This document shows, piece by piece, positions 1-10,072 of a DNA stretch of 64,000 nt; within the stretch, counting starts at the first letter, position 1, and every line of letters begins with the position of its first letter. Under the pieces are notes generated by a model that was given only the letters and a program-made list of their open reading frames with translations, was not told the origin of the DNA and made no database searches. Location of the stretch: positions 1 through 64,000 of the forward strand of contig JBQLZK010000025.1 in the NCBI GenBank assembly GCA_052168235.1, in the 5' to 3' direction. The stretch comes from Thainema sp. Its GTDB lineage: Bacteria; Cyanobacteriota; Cyanobacteriia; Phormidesmidales; Phormidesmidaceae. The position numbers and the translations under genes were made by a program.

Positions 1-67
1 TAAAACCAATGCATCACATCCATTTTAGCAATCACCCTCTAGACGACCAGTGCCGGTTGAGCGAGAA

Positions 68-310
68 CTAGGTAACTGTTGACAGTTCCATAACAGCTGC
101 GATCGCAAGTGCCAAGAGAGCAACCCAGGCATAGCGGAGCATGCTGCCAGGTGGCGCTTCTGCACGATGTTTAAAGAAGATATAAATGTGAGGAGCGCCA
201 AACAAAAAGAACAGCAATCCTACTAAACTCGCGCTCCGAAACACAGGCTGATTGTCGGTTGTGTGCGTTGGATGAGTAGTCATAGCTATGACCTTTGGGT
301 GGGTTGGCAC
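68..310 (-). CDS. Small hypothetical membrane protein
   Basis: 80-aa ORF with two hydrophobic stretches (LVGLLFFLFG; WVALLALAIAAV); no recognised family. Confidence 0.45.
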   Translation of the reverse strand: MPTHPKVIAMTTHPTHTTDNQPVFRSASLVGLLFFLFGAPHIYIFFKHRAEAPPGSMLRYAWVALLALAIAAVMELSTVT

Positions 311-503
311 GAATGGTCAGACAGTTGCATCACTAGCGTAATCGCTAAATGTCAATATTTCGGTAAGGGACAAAACATTAGCTGCGATCGCAGATGAGAT
401 CTATACAGATGGGATCTAACAAAAGTTGGACGGTAAAAAGCATTTTTTTCGTCACGCTAAAGAAGGTTAAGACGAATTGAGTTTCCTTTGCTTATCGAAT
501 GTT

Positions 504-812
504 ATGGCTTCCACCGTTCTAATTACCGGAGCATCTCAGGGGATTGGTCGTGCGATCGCATCCACGTTTGCTCGCCACGGCTTCAACGTCGTGTTGGCTG
601 CTCGTTCTGCCGATCGGCTCGATCAGGCAGTGGCTGAACTACAGGCCAATCATCATTCTGCGATCGCTGTTCCCACTGATGTCCGCGATCCGGATCAAGT
701 CCAAAACCTGGTGCACAAAACGCTTGACCAGTTTGGTCCTGTAAAGAGCTATCAGTTCTTTCCCAAAGGATTGCGCTGGATGATCCATAAGGTTTTTCAG
801 AATCAGGATTAG
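504..812 (+). pseudogene. Truncated SDR-family short-chain dehydrogenase (N-terminal Rossmann part only)
   Basis: VLITGASQGIG motif and typical SDR N-terminus through DVRD...FGPV, then unrelated sequence and a stop; lacks NNAG and YxxxK motifs. Confidence 0.75.
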
Positions 813-867
813 ATAAGCTCCCGCACTGTTCTGTTCCGCTGTTCAAGAATTTAATTTCCACAAAACG

Positions 868-1404
868 ATGCTTACCTCGGAAAAAATTCACATCATTCAG
901 CAGCAAGGCCAAACAACCGTAGCAGAGGCCTTGGCGTTATTTGATGAACTCGATCCGGTCGATTTAGACTTCATGGTGGGGCGATGGCGAGGATCAGAAT
1001 TGCTCACCGGACATCCAATGGATGGTTTACTGGAAGTTTCAAACTGGTATGGCAAGGAATTCGTCGATCCAGACCATGTTCATCCCCTCTTATTTTTAGA
1101 TAGCAGCGGTCAAATTATTCGAGTTGCGCCGAATTCTTTAGTTATGAATTTAGCTCTAAATGCGCCAATTCCCCGAGATGACACCTTAAAGCCTGTTTAC
1201 ACATTTTTGACTTCGCTGCAAAAGACCCATCAAAGCAAGGCACGTCTGCGCATGGTGGAGCATCGCCAAAAAGTCAGCGCGACGATGATCTACGATGATC
1301 TGCCTATTCATGATGTGTTTAGGAAAATAGACGATCATACGGTATTGGGGCTGATGGATTACAAAGCCGCCAAGCAGCCTTATTTCTTTGTTCTAAGCCG
1401 CTAG
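868..1404 (+). CDS. GXWXG/DUF4334 domain protein
   Basis: GRWRG motif, WYGKEF, VSATMIYD..PI.D.FRK..D..LGLM pattern. Confidence 0.85.
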   Translation: MLTSEKIHIIQQQGQTTVAEALALFDELDPVDLDFMVGRWRGSELLTGHPMDGLLEVSNWYGKEFVDPDHVHPLLFLDSSGQIIRVAPNSLVMNLALNAPIPRDDTLKPVYTFLTSLQKTHQSKARLRMVEHRQKVSATMIYDDLPIHDVFRKIDDHTVLGLMDYKAAKQPYFFVLSR

Positions 1405-1479
1405 TAGTGCTGTGTCAGGTTTGGATTGAGGGTTGAGGAGTCGCGCCTGATGCGACTCCTCAACCCTAGGAGTGGTAGG

Positions 1480-4400
1480 TTAGCGGCGGTTAGGGAAGCT
1501 TTGAATGGACTGTTGGAGGAGGGTGGTGGCCTGTTCGGCAGGGACGGGTGGGGAAAATAGATAGCCTTGACCCAGTTCGCAACCGAGGGTTTGCAGCCAC
1601 TGTAGTTGTTCGATGGTTTCAATGCCTTCTGCGATCGCACTTAGCTCCAGTAAATTGCTGAGTGCCACGATCGATTCCGCGATGACCTGATGACGAGCAT
1701 CCGGTTCGACGGGATTGACAAATGTGCGGTCAATTTTGAGATAGTCCACTGGCAGTCGATACAGGTAGCTGAGGGAAGAGTAGCCTGTCCCAAAGTCGTC
1801 GATACTGAGCCGAATCCCTTTCGCCTTGATTTTGTCGAGTAGAGCCAGTGTCGCATCAACATTTTTCACCAGCATACTTTCCGTAATTTCGAGAACTAGA
1901 GTATTCGGATTGGCTAGTTCACTGGCTTGCAGGGCATCGTCTAAATGCTGGAGCAGTAAATCCTGAAGCTGCCGAACGGAAAGATTAACGCTGATGCGCA
2001 AGGCGCGTTCTGGAAACTGGGCCTGCCACTGGGTTAGCTGTCGGCAGGTCGTCTGCAAAATCCATTCGCCAATGGGAATAATCAGTCCGGTTTCTTCAGC
2101 CAGTTGAATAAAATCGGCGGGTGACACCCAGCCTCGTTGGGGATGCTGCCAGCGAAGCAGTGCCTCAAAGCCTTGAATGGTTTGAGTTTTCAGTTCGATA
2201 ATCGGCTGATAGTAAAGGATAAATTCTTGTCTGTCGAGGGCTTTGCGCAGGTCACTTTCTAGATGTAGCCGCTGCATCGCTTGAAAGTGCATGGCTGGGT
2301 CGTAGATGGCATACTGGCTTTTGCCACTGTGTTTGGCCCGATACATTGCCAAATCAGCATCGCGAATCAGGTCTTCCGCTTGGTGGTGGCTGCTGGTGTT
2401 TATCGCAATGCCGATACTGGTGCTGACGAACACATCTCGACCAGAAATTGACAAGGGAGATTTGAGGTCAACCAAAATCCGCTCCGCGATCATCACGGCT
2501 TCCGTAATGCCGCTGATTTCTTCCAGCAGAATGACAAACTCATCACCCCCCAATCGCGCTGCTAGATCGGTTTCGCGAATAAATCGCCTGAGCAGCGTGG
2601 CAATCGTGAGCAGCAGTTCATCGCCAACCAGATGCCCCAAGCTGTCGTTAACGACCTTGAAGTTATCCAGATCTAAAAAGAGAACGGCAAACTGAGAATC
2701 AGCATGGCGCTTCGAGCGCTTTAAGGCTAGATCCAGCCGCTGCATTAACAGGCTGCGATTGGGCAAACCCGTAAGCCGATCGTGGAAGGCGTTGTGTTTG
2801 AGCTGCTGCTCGACCCGAATCCGGGCGCTGACATCCCGTGATGTTGTTTGCAAATGTCGAATGTGTCCGGCTTCATCCCAAATGGGCTGAGTCAGCGTTT
2901 CAACCCAGATGTAGTGGCTGAGTTTGTGGCGAATGCGATAGGTAATCGGTTCAGGACTGTCGGGCAGGGCAAACTGATCGGCTGACTGGCGAATGCGATC
3001 GCAATCATCGGGGTGAAAGAGTTCGTACGGATCGCGTCCAATCAGTTCAGCTGGACTGTATCCCAGGAGAGCCTGGCTGGAAGGCGTAACGTACAGATAG
3101 CGACCGTCGGGACGATGCAAACAGACCAAGTCGCTCATGTTTTCTGTCACCATGCGCAGACGTTCTTCGCTTTGGCGCAGGGCTGCTTCGGTTTGTTTTA
3201 GATCGGTAATGTCGCGACCGACTGACTGAATTTCAATCAGTTGACCCGCCGCATCAAAGATGCCTTCATTGAGCCACTGTGTCCAGCCGTCCTGCCCATC
3301 GGCTCGCGTATCGCGGTTTTCCACAAAGCAGCGGGGATTATCTGGGGTGAGTTCTGCCAATCTGCGGAAGGCGTCCTGCTCTAAATCATCGGGATTGGCA
3401 AAATCAACCCATTTCTTACCGACAATTTGAGAGAGCGTTATGCCCAGCGCCCGACATAGCGATGGATTGGCAAACGTAATCGTGGTGTCCGGCTGCGATC
3501 GCAGAATGAAATCCGTTTGCGCTTCGACCACTTTGCGGTAGCGCACTTCACTCGCTTGCAGTTCCGCCTCCGTGCGTTTGCGATCGCTGACATCCATAAT
3601 CAGCGTATCCCACACTACGTCACCATTAGCGCGACGTTCAGGCCGACCTGCTGCCTCTAGCCATTTTGTTTTACCCGAGGGCGTGCTGATCCGCCACTGC
3701 CAGAACCAGGGCTGAAGCGTTCGCGCTGATGCGAGGACGGACTCATACATGGGTGCTTGGTCATCCGGATGGACGACCCGCCAGAGAATACTGGCATCTT
3801 GCTCCACGGCTGCAGCTTCGACTTCCCAGAGGTCATAGCAGCCTGGGCTCATGTAAATCACTTTGTCAGAGCCGTCTGGATGCAGCAGATACCTAAAAAT
3901 TGCTCCCGGCACATTGGCCGCCATATTGCGAAACCGCTGCTCGCTTTCGCGCAGGGCTGCTTCTGCTTGCTTCCGCTGGTTGACTTCCTGTCTGAGCAGG
4001 CGATTCCAAAGTGCGATCGCAACTAAACCAACTAGCGGCGCATAGATTGCTAGGTCAATTAAAACCGCTTTGATCTGCGGCCAGCCCAACCGTTGTTCCG
4101 GCTCTAGCCAGCGCTCCAATGCCTGATAATACGCTGAATCTGGGCTAGCCTTCAGCATCCTGATCTGCTCATCCAAAACGGCCAGCAGATCGGACTTGCT
4201 GCCATCCGGAACAATAAAATGCAGCCGAGATGGCCCCAGCAAAATATTGGTTTTTGCCATGTCATGCTGGGCAGCCGCCGTCAATCCCAAGACATTGTTG
4301 ACTGCCACTGCATCAACCTGTCCCTGATCCAGCAGTTGAAACATCTGGTCAAAGCTTGTGGCTTCCTCAAACTCGGGCTTGATGCCAAAAGCGTGGGTCT

Positions 4401-4848
4401 GTTCAACCAGAATATCTTGCTGAATGCTGTCGCGCAGGACAGCCACACGCCTGTGGTCTAGATCCAGAACCGATTCCAGCTCGAGGCCTGAGCGGGCGTA
4501 CACCTCTGACCAACTGGCTAGGACGACTTCTTGATTAAAATCAAATCTGCGATCGCGCTCCTCTGAATAGGCCACATCCATCATCAAATCGAGCTGGCCT
4601 TGCTCTAGGGCTTGTAAGCAGGCATCCCACTCGCAAGGGACATACTCCAACGACCAGTTTTCTGCACCTGCAATACTGTCCAGCACATCAACCCAAAATC
4701 CCGCCGGATCGCCAGCGGGATTGATAAACACTTTCGGTTGATTCTGATAAACACCCACCCGGAGCGGTTCAGCAGCAGACTGCGCTGGGTCAGCATAAAT
4801 TCCTAGCGCGATCGCAATAGTTAAGAGAACTGCCAGGTCCTGCTGCAT
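1480..4848 (-). CDS. Periplasmic solute-binding sensor + 3 PAS/PAC + GGDEF + EAL (diguanylate cyclase/phosphodiesterase)
   Basis: Signal peptide, SBP family-3-like domain, one TM, PAS/PAC repeats, RLGGDEF, FEALLRW and DDFGTGYSS motifs all intact. Confidence 0.93.
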   Translation of the reverse strand: MQQDLAVLLTIAIALGIYADPAQSAAEPLRVGVYQNQPKVFINPAGDPAGFWVDVLDSIAGAENWSLEYVPCEWDACLQALEQGQLDLMMDVAYSEERDRRFDFNQEVVLASWSEVYARSGLELESVLDLDHRRVAVLRDSIQQDILVEQTHAFGIKPEFEEATSFDQMFQLLDQGQVDAVAVNNVLGLTAAAQHDMAKTNILLGPSRLHFIVPDGSKSDLLAVLDEQIRMLKASPDSAYYQALERWLEPEQRLGWPQIKAVLIDLAIYAPLVGLVAIALWNRLLRQEVNQRKQAEAALRESEQRFRNMAANVPGAIFRYLLHPDGSDKVIYMSPGCYDLWEVEAAAVEQDASILWRVVHPDDQAPMYESVLASARTLQPWFWQWRISTPSGKTKWLEAAGRPERRANGDVVWDTLIMDVSDRKRTEAELQASEVRYRKVVEAQTDFILRSQPDTTITFANPSLCRALGITLSQIVGKKWVDFANPDDLEQDAFRRLAELTPDNPRCFVENRDTRADGQDGWTQWLNEGIFDAAGQLIEIQSVGRDITDLKQTEAALRQSEERLRMVTENMSDLVCLHRPDGRYLYVTPSSQALLGYSPAELIGRDPYELFHPDDCDRIRQSADQFALPDSPEPITYRIRHKLSHYIWVETLTQPIWDEAGHIRHLQTTSRDVSARIRVEQQLKHNAFHDRLTGLPNRSLLMQRLDLALKRSKRHADSQFAVLFLDLDNFKVVNDSLGHLVGDELLLTIATLLRRFIRETDLAARLGGDEFVILLEEISGITEAVMIAERILVDLKSPLSISGRDVFVSTSIGIAINTSSHHQAEDLIRDADLAMYRAKHSGKSQYAIYDPAMHFQAMQRLHLESDLRKALDRQEFILYYQPIIELKTQTIQGFEALLRWQHPQRGWVSPADFIQLAEETGLIIPIGEWILQTTCRQLTQWQAQFPERALRISVNLSVRQLQDLLLQHLDDALQASELANPNTLVLEITESMLVKNVDATLALLDKIKAKGIRLSIDDFGTGYSSLSYLYRLPVDYLKIDRTFVNPVEPDARHQVIAESIVALSNLLELSAIAEGIETIEQLQWLQTLGCELGQGYLFSPPVPAEQATTLLQQSIQSFPNRR

Positions 4849-5067
4849 GATGGGTTATATCATCTAGATTTAGGGGTCACATGGCAATTGGGCAATGAAT
4901 CCCAGCACGATCAGACTCAACCAATTAGCATCTTAGCCTACTGTAATATTTCCCCAAAGAAAGATGAAAACTAATTGCGATTCATAAAGCTTCTCAAACA
5001 ATAGAAAATACTCGAATGAGAGAATAAAATATTTTAGCCGAATTTTATTTTCGCCTACATATGAGCA

Positions 5068-5580
5068 TTATGATTCTGCTTCAGGTGCTGAGGATTGCTT
5101 GAAGACTCGATCGATCCAGTGCTTGAGAACCAAGCTGAAGATCAAAACGTTCAGGCTGAAGAAAATCACTTTGCTCCAGGTCGCGTGGTGGACAATTTCG
5201 TATACCTCAACCGGAATCAAAAAGCCGACCAGAAACACAAACAGCGGATCGGCCCAGCGGCGCTGAAACCACAATCCTCCGGCTGCGATCGCAAGTAAGG
5301 TGCCATAACCACCGGAGATCTGGGCAATTAACTTCAGTCCTGGAGCCTGTAAGTTCAGCAAAAACCGCAAGACATCGCGTACTAAGTCGTACTCTGTGGC
5401 GAGGATGTATTCTTCGGCCCACTGGGCAATCTCTGCATAATGTTGCCAGCCGAATCCAGCTAAGAGGGAAACGATCAGCATGAAAACGGCGAAGGTTGCT
5501 TTATTGAGAATAATCAGCTTTAGCCAGATGGAATGGGGTTCCGATGGACGCATTGGGCAGAGAATGATGGATAGATTCAA
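5068..5580 (-). CDS. DUF2127-like membrane protein
   Basis: Hydrophobic helices; GLW..RRWA and IPVEVYE motifs. Confidence 0.7.
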   Translation of the reverse strand: MNLSIILCPMRPSEPHSIWLKLIILNKATFAVFMLIVSLLAGFGWQHYAEIAQWAEEYILATEYDLVRDVLRFLLNLQAPGLKLIAQISGGYGTLLAIAAGGLWFQRRWADPLFVFLVGFLIPVEVYEIVHHATWSKVIFFSLNVLIFSLVLKHWIDRVFKQSSAPEAES

Positions 5581-6482
5581 ATCCTACTCTAGCGCTAGAT
5601 CTGCGGTTTTGCTGAGGAAACGGCTAAATTTGACCCTAATTCGGGGCCAGGAATGCCATAGCGATCGCGCACCTGCTCCAATGGCAGTTCCATTACTGAC
5701 CAAAAATCCCAGTTGGCTGAGAGATCGACGTTGCACTGCGATCCGCGATACAGGGCTTGTAGGATACGACGCGGCTCAAATCGTCCCCGATCAGCCTCCG
5801 CCACAGGCGTAATCTGGATGCCCCAATGAAACTGCAAAATGGCAAACAGCAAAAAGACGAAGCCATCATTCCGCACGAACCCGGACTGAAATGCGCCCTG
5901 CTGAATTTCGCCTATTGGATCGGTATCGTATCCCGACAGCAAATGGCCAAAATCATGAAATACCAAGCGCTCTGGTATCGCACCTGTCTGCCCTGGAAAC
6001 AAAAACTGCCGACTCGTACAGTGCTGCCAAAACCCATAGCCCAGCGTATGGGTCGGCAAGTGCTGCAACTGCTTAAATCGCCTTGCCAGATCGCGGTTTT
6101 GGCCGCCCTGCTTAAACAGTAACGGTTCCAGAATCAGCCGAATACCCTGCAGTCCCTCGTCCTGCCATGCGGCTTTGAAGAATCGCCCCATAATCCGCCG
6201 CATGATCAGCAGCCGAGCGAGCTGATTGCGACCGTTTAGAATATGGTGCAGTGCGACTAATCCCGGTTCGCGTACTGCAAGAGTTTGAGCCAACGTATTC
6301 AGTACCGTTTCCTGTTGGCACGTAATCGGTACTGTGAGCATGGCAACTGCGATCGCAAGTTGCACCAGCCGTTTACGCTGATGCTGCGAGGTGATCACCG
6401 AAGCAACTTGGTACGGTGCTACATCCCGTAGCTGCTGCGGTTCCAGCGTTCTGTCATGCAGTCGAGCAAGTTCCTGTAAGAA

Positions 6483-7661
6483 GGGAGCGTGTCACCTTCT
6501 TGAGAGAAAAAGATGTTGAGGATCAAGCTGCCCATTGAGATAAGCACAGCGATGGGCTAGAACTTGTGGTGCATACTCTGGATTCCAACTTGCTCCAGAT
6601 AATTGCACCCGACGGTCAATCTGTTTCACCCAAGACTCAACAACCCCAGAACCAATCGCACACAGTGCTTCGGCTTGAAAATACTCATAGTTGACAATGC
6701 GATGACGATGGTCTCGCAGATAGTTCTGAAAACATCTGGCTTGCTCTAAAGAACAATCCTCAAAAACCGCAATAGCAGCATCGACTTGCCCATGCCAGAG
6801 CAGTTTACGAGCTTCGGCATGACGTTGAAACGAACCGCCCACTTTATGCAGGTTTTCCATCAGATGATACCAGTCGAGAATCTCAATGCGATGCTCATGC
6901 TCTACCAGTTGAGTCATGAGATTCCAAATGCCCGGATGTCCATCTCCAATGCAGTACAAAGGGTGCTGAAGCGGTTGTTGCTGCACCCAGTTCACCAAGG
7001 CAGCATTGTCCTGAAACCACGCCATCCCAATCCCATCGATATCCAACCGCACGGCTTTGTATTGCTTCCACTCGGATGCTTCTCCTTTCGGTGTGACAAA
7101 GCGCATTTGTCCACCATCCAAACCCACTTGACTCACTGCTTCTGACGGTGGCACGGTTGGGTCTTCAAACGGACGACGCTGCACCAAACGCTGCTGTGTT
7201 TTTGCACTCACACGTACTCCCGTCAATAACGCGACATCTTCGCTGGCATGAGCATAGGACACATTCGCACTAATCCTCAAACAGCACATCTCCAGGTATG
7301 GACTCAGTTGACTGCCTTTGCTGACCCCCAACTGCTTCGCCTGCTCGCTGGTCAGTTTCAGGTCTCCGAGGATGCTTTTGAGGTGTCGCTCGTAGCCTTC
7401 GGTGGTGCCTGTCGCTGTTTCGATAAAAAAATGCCCATCTCGGGTGTCACATGCTTGTGAACCTGCTCGCGCACCACCGCTTCAATTTCTCCCAAGTTGG
7501 TCATGGGCATCTGGCTGGCGTCGGCATCCTTGTACAGCAGTTTGGCAAGTTCGCGGACGTGATACGCAATGGCTTGTTCTTCTTCAGGTGTCATGACCTA
7601 TTATCCAGGAATCGAGAATTCCTCTATTCTGATTTTTCTACTCAGAAGGTGACACGCTCCC
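6483..7661 (-). mobile_element. ISKra4-family insertion sequence, 1179 bp
   Basis: Perfect 18-bp TIRs GGGAGCGTGTCACCTTCT (6483-6500, 7644-7661); 9-bp direct repeat CTGTAAGAA at 6474-6482 and 7662-7670. Confidence 0.93.
6492..7594 (-). CDS. ISKra4-family transposase (two ORFs joined by -1 frameshift)
   Basis: ORF1 MTPEEEQAIAYHVRELAKLLY; T7 run at 7425-7431; ORF2 has LDGG, GDGHPGIW, LDWYHLMENL and IGSGVVES motifs. Confidence 0.88.
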
Positions 7662-7791
7662 CTGTAAGAACTCTATTTCCGCTTGGGATAAGGTTTGAGG
7701 ATTAGCCGCTACGGTGCGCAATGCACTCAACACCAGCGGCAGCTCCAAGTCCGAAAATACGACAATATCCATCTCTGACTCCTGGTTATCT

Positions 7792-7820
7792 GTAGGGACA
7801 CGGCATTGCCGTGTCCCTAC
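7792..7820. repeat. GTAG-type REP-like palindrome
   Basis: GTAGGGACACGGCATTGCCGTGTCCCTAC; identical copy at 27355-27383. Confidence 0.85.
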
Positions 7821-7846
7821 GTCGGCAATTTTTTGTGGATTAATTT

Positions 7847-8542
7847 TTAATCGGATTCGAGCACTGATGGTTGCTGTAACTGTTCTGATTTCAAGGGTTG
7901 AGCCTGTGTAGCAGCCAACTGCTCTCGTTGCCGCATGTAATCACCCGTTAAGAGTGGATCAACCACCTTCATTTGGTGCTTAACGCTGTAGTAGCGGTGG
8001 GTTTGGGTGCTGGCTTGGTAGTCACGTAGGCTTTCAGTTGCGACTTTTTTGCGCAGCTTAATCAGGCCATCAATCACCGCTTCTGGACGGGGTGGGCAAC
8101 CGGGAATATAGACATCAACGGGAATCAGTTTATCCACGCCTCGAACGACGGTCGGTGAATCGACGCTGAACATGCCGCCAGTGATGGTGCAGGCTCCCAT
8201 CGCGATCACGTATTTCGGTTCCGGAATTTGCTCATACAGTCGCACTAAGGCCGGAGCATATTTCATAGAAATAGTGCCCGCTGTAATCATCAAATCCGCC
8301 TGCCGTGGGGTGGCGCGGGGCGCAGCTCCAAATCTTTCCAGGTCAAACCGAGGGCCATAGGCTCCCATAAATTCCATAAAGCAGCAGGCTGTACCAAACA
8401 TCATAGGATACAGAGTCGATAGCCTAGCCCAGTCGTATAGGTCATCAACGCAAGTCAGAATGATGTTTTCCGATAGCTCTTTGGTAATTTCAGGTGCTTG
8501 AATAGGATTAGCAATTCTGGTGGGGGTTGTTTGTTCTGGCAT
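7847..8542 (-). CDS. ndhK: NAD(P)H-quinone oxidoreductase subunit K (NuoB family), orphan copy
   Basis: [31 protein letters not shown] and PGCPPRPEA motifs; likely start MPEQ at 8542 (ORF track extends to 8584). Confidence 0.93.
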   Translation of the reverse strand: MPEQTTPTRIANPIQAPEITKELSENIILTCVDDLYDWARLSTLYPMMFGTACCFMEFMGAYGPRFDLERFGAAPRATPRQADLMITAGTISMKYAPALVRLYEQIPEPKYVIAMGACTITGGMFSVDSPTVVRGVDKLIPVDVYIPGCPPRPEAVIDGLIKLRKKVATESLRDYQASTQTHRYYSVKHQMKVVDPLLTGDYMRQREQLAATQAQPLKSEQLQQPSVLESD

Positions 8543-8882
8543 GATCAAAACCTTGTTGTGGAGAGTAATGTAAGCAGGTAGCAATGATCCTGAAACCCAG
8601 TGGTCAAGGTATGTGAAGTAAAGCGTGAGGAGTGAAGCGCAAGGATTGATACTGTTACGCGCTAGTCAGTAGCTACAGGATGTGAAGCTGGATTTTCGGA
8701 GTTGTTTGAAAGTGAGGAGTGAGGAGCAAGACAAACTTCACAGTTGTCATAGTTGTCATAGGTTAAGGTGGCGCTAGCATGACCCGACGAAACGGCTACT
8801 GATGTTGGGTTTCACGTTGTTCAACCTAACCTACTGAGGAACTCAAAATCTAAAATTCAAAATCCACAGTCCTCAGCAGGAA

Positions 8883-9512
8883 TCAATCAGCCTGTCGTAA
8901 CGCCTCAATATCAGAACCGCAAATTGCTTTTAAGTTGCGGGTGATTTTCTCGATGTCCCAGTCCCACCAGCGGATGTCTAGTAGAGCCTGAATGGTCTCA
9001 TCGTCAAACCGTTTGCGAATTTCTTTAGCTGGATTGCCGCCGACAACAGCATAGGGCGCAACGGACTTGGTGACGACGGATTGCGAGGCGATGATTGCCC
9101 CATCTCCCACCTGTACCCCTGGCATCAGCGTGGCCCCGTAGCCGATCCAGACATCGTTGCCAATCATGGTATTGCCCTTATCAGGCCATTCGTCCGGCAT
9201 TACCGTTTCCCAGCCGTTGCCAAAAATGGGAAAGGGATAATTAGTAAACCAGTCGGTGCGGTGATTGCCGCCGTTCATGATGAATTTGACATCGGAGGCA
9301 ATGGAGCAAAACTTGCCGATGATTAGCTTGTCGCCAATGAAATCAAAGTGGTAGAGCACATTGCGCTCAAAGTTTTCAGGATTTTCAAAGTCATCGTAGT
9401 AGGTATAGTCGCCCACGATGATGTTGGGGTTGGTGATGATGGTTTTGAGATAAACTAGCCGAGTTTGACCATCAATGGGGTATCGGGTATTAGGAGAAGG
9501 GCCGTAGGACAT
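8883..9512 (-). CDS. Vat/CatB-like hexapeptide-repeat O-acetyltransferase
   Basis: IIVGDYTYYDD, IGKFCSIA, IGNDVWIG, VGGNPAK and RWWDW motifs. Confidence 0.9.
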   Translation of the reverse strand: MSYGPSPNTRYPIDGQTRLVYLKTIITNPNIIVGDYTYYDDFENPENFERNVLYHFDFIGDKLIIGKFCSIASDVKFIMNGGNHRTDWFTNYPFPIFGNGWETVMPDEWPDKGNTMIGNDVWIGYGATLMPGVQVGDGAIIASQSVVTKSVAPYAVVGGNPAKEIRKRFDDETIQALLDIRWWDWDIEKITRNLKAICGSDIEALRQAD

Positions 9513-9568
9513 AGACGAGGCTTGCGTTTTGGTTGAGTTAAATCTGTACAGTAGCTAATTACGGCTAA

Positions 9569-9892
9569 CTACATTGCTGTAACTGGAATTGGGCCACGGG
9601 TCAGTGCAGACAATGGCTCGATGGCTGTAAATGGCTCAATCCGAAGATTAGAAACGATTGATTTTGCTTCTAAAGCCGCCATAATTGGGCTACTGAGGTA
9701 TCGCTCTAGGGCATCAAAGCTTTCAAAACAGTAGATTCCGCCTGCTTCCTGTCGTACTTCATTGATAATCCAAACTTTCCACACTAAACCGGGAAAAGCT
9801 GCGATCGCAGGTGCAACGGCTGCAAAGATGGTTTGTAGTTTGGTCTCGGAACAGTCGTAGTTGAAGGTGATTTTGATCATTTGTGTGGTCAT
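9569..9892 (-). CDS. YdhR-family putative monooxygenase
   Basis: PGLVWKVW...EAGGIY.F motif, 107 aa. Confidence 0.85.
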   Translation of the reverse strand: MTTQMIKITFNYDCSETKLQTIFAAVAPAIAAFPGLVWKVWIINEVRQEAGGIYCFESFDALERYLSSPIMAALEAKSIVSNLRIEPFTAIEPLSALTRGPIPVTAM

Positions 9893-9919
9893 GGGGATCT
9901 CCTGGAGTGGTGGGTAAGG

Positions 9920-10023
9920 GGGTAGATGGGTAGATGTGTGGATGGGTGGATGAGTAGATGGGTAGGTGGATAGGTTGTAAAGGGCTGTAGGGGGCTTAAA
10001 GGGCTCTAAAGGGCTTTAAAGGG
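9920..10023 (+). repeat. Degenerate 8-mer (GGGTRGAT) repeats followed by 10-mer (TAAAGGGCTN) repeats
   Basis: Visible tandem units in the intergenic spacer. Confidence 0.7.
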
Positions 10024-10072
10024 AGGCTAAGGGGGAAGGGAGGAAGAGAAGTGATGAGAGGAAATGGTGGTC

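Larger units (their letters stand above)
5595..7772 (-). pseudogene. Coq4-like (HDxxH...E) protein gene interrupted by an IS
   Basis: 5' part 7662..7772 (MDIVVFSDLELPLVLSALRTVAANPQTLSQAEIEFLQ) joins in frame to ELARLHDRTLEP...VITSQHQ after removing the IS and one TSD, giving 990 bp / 329 aa; TLGYGFWQH and HDFGHLLSGYDTDPIGE motifs. Confidence 0.8.

Noticed and set aside
8883..9512. Acquired streptogramin resistance gene
   Set aside because: Vat-like acetyltransferases are common chromosomal genes; no mobile context and substrate unknown
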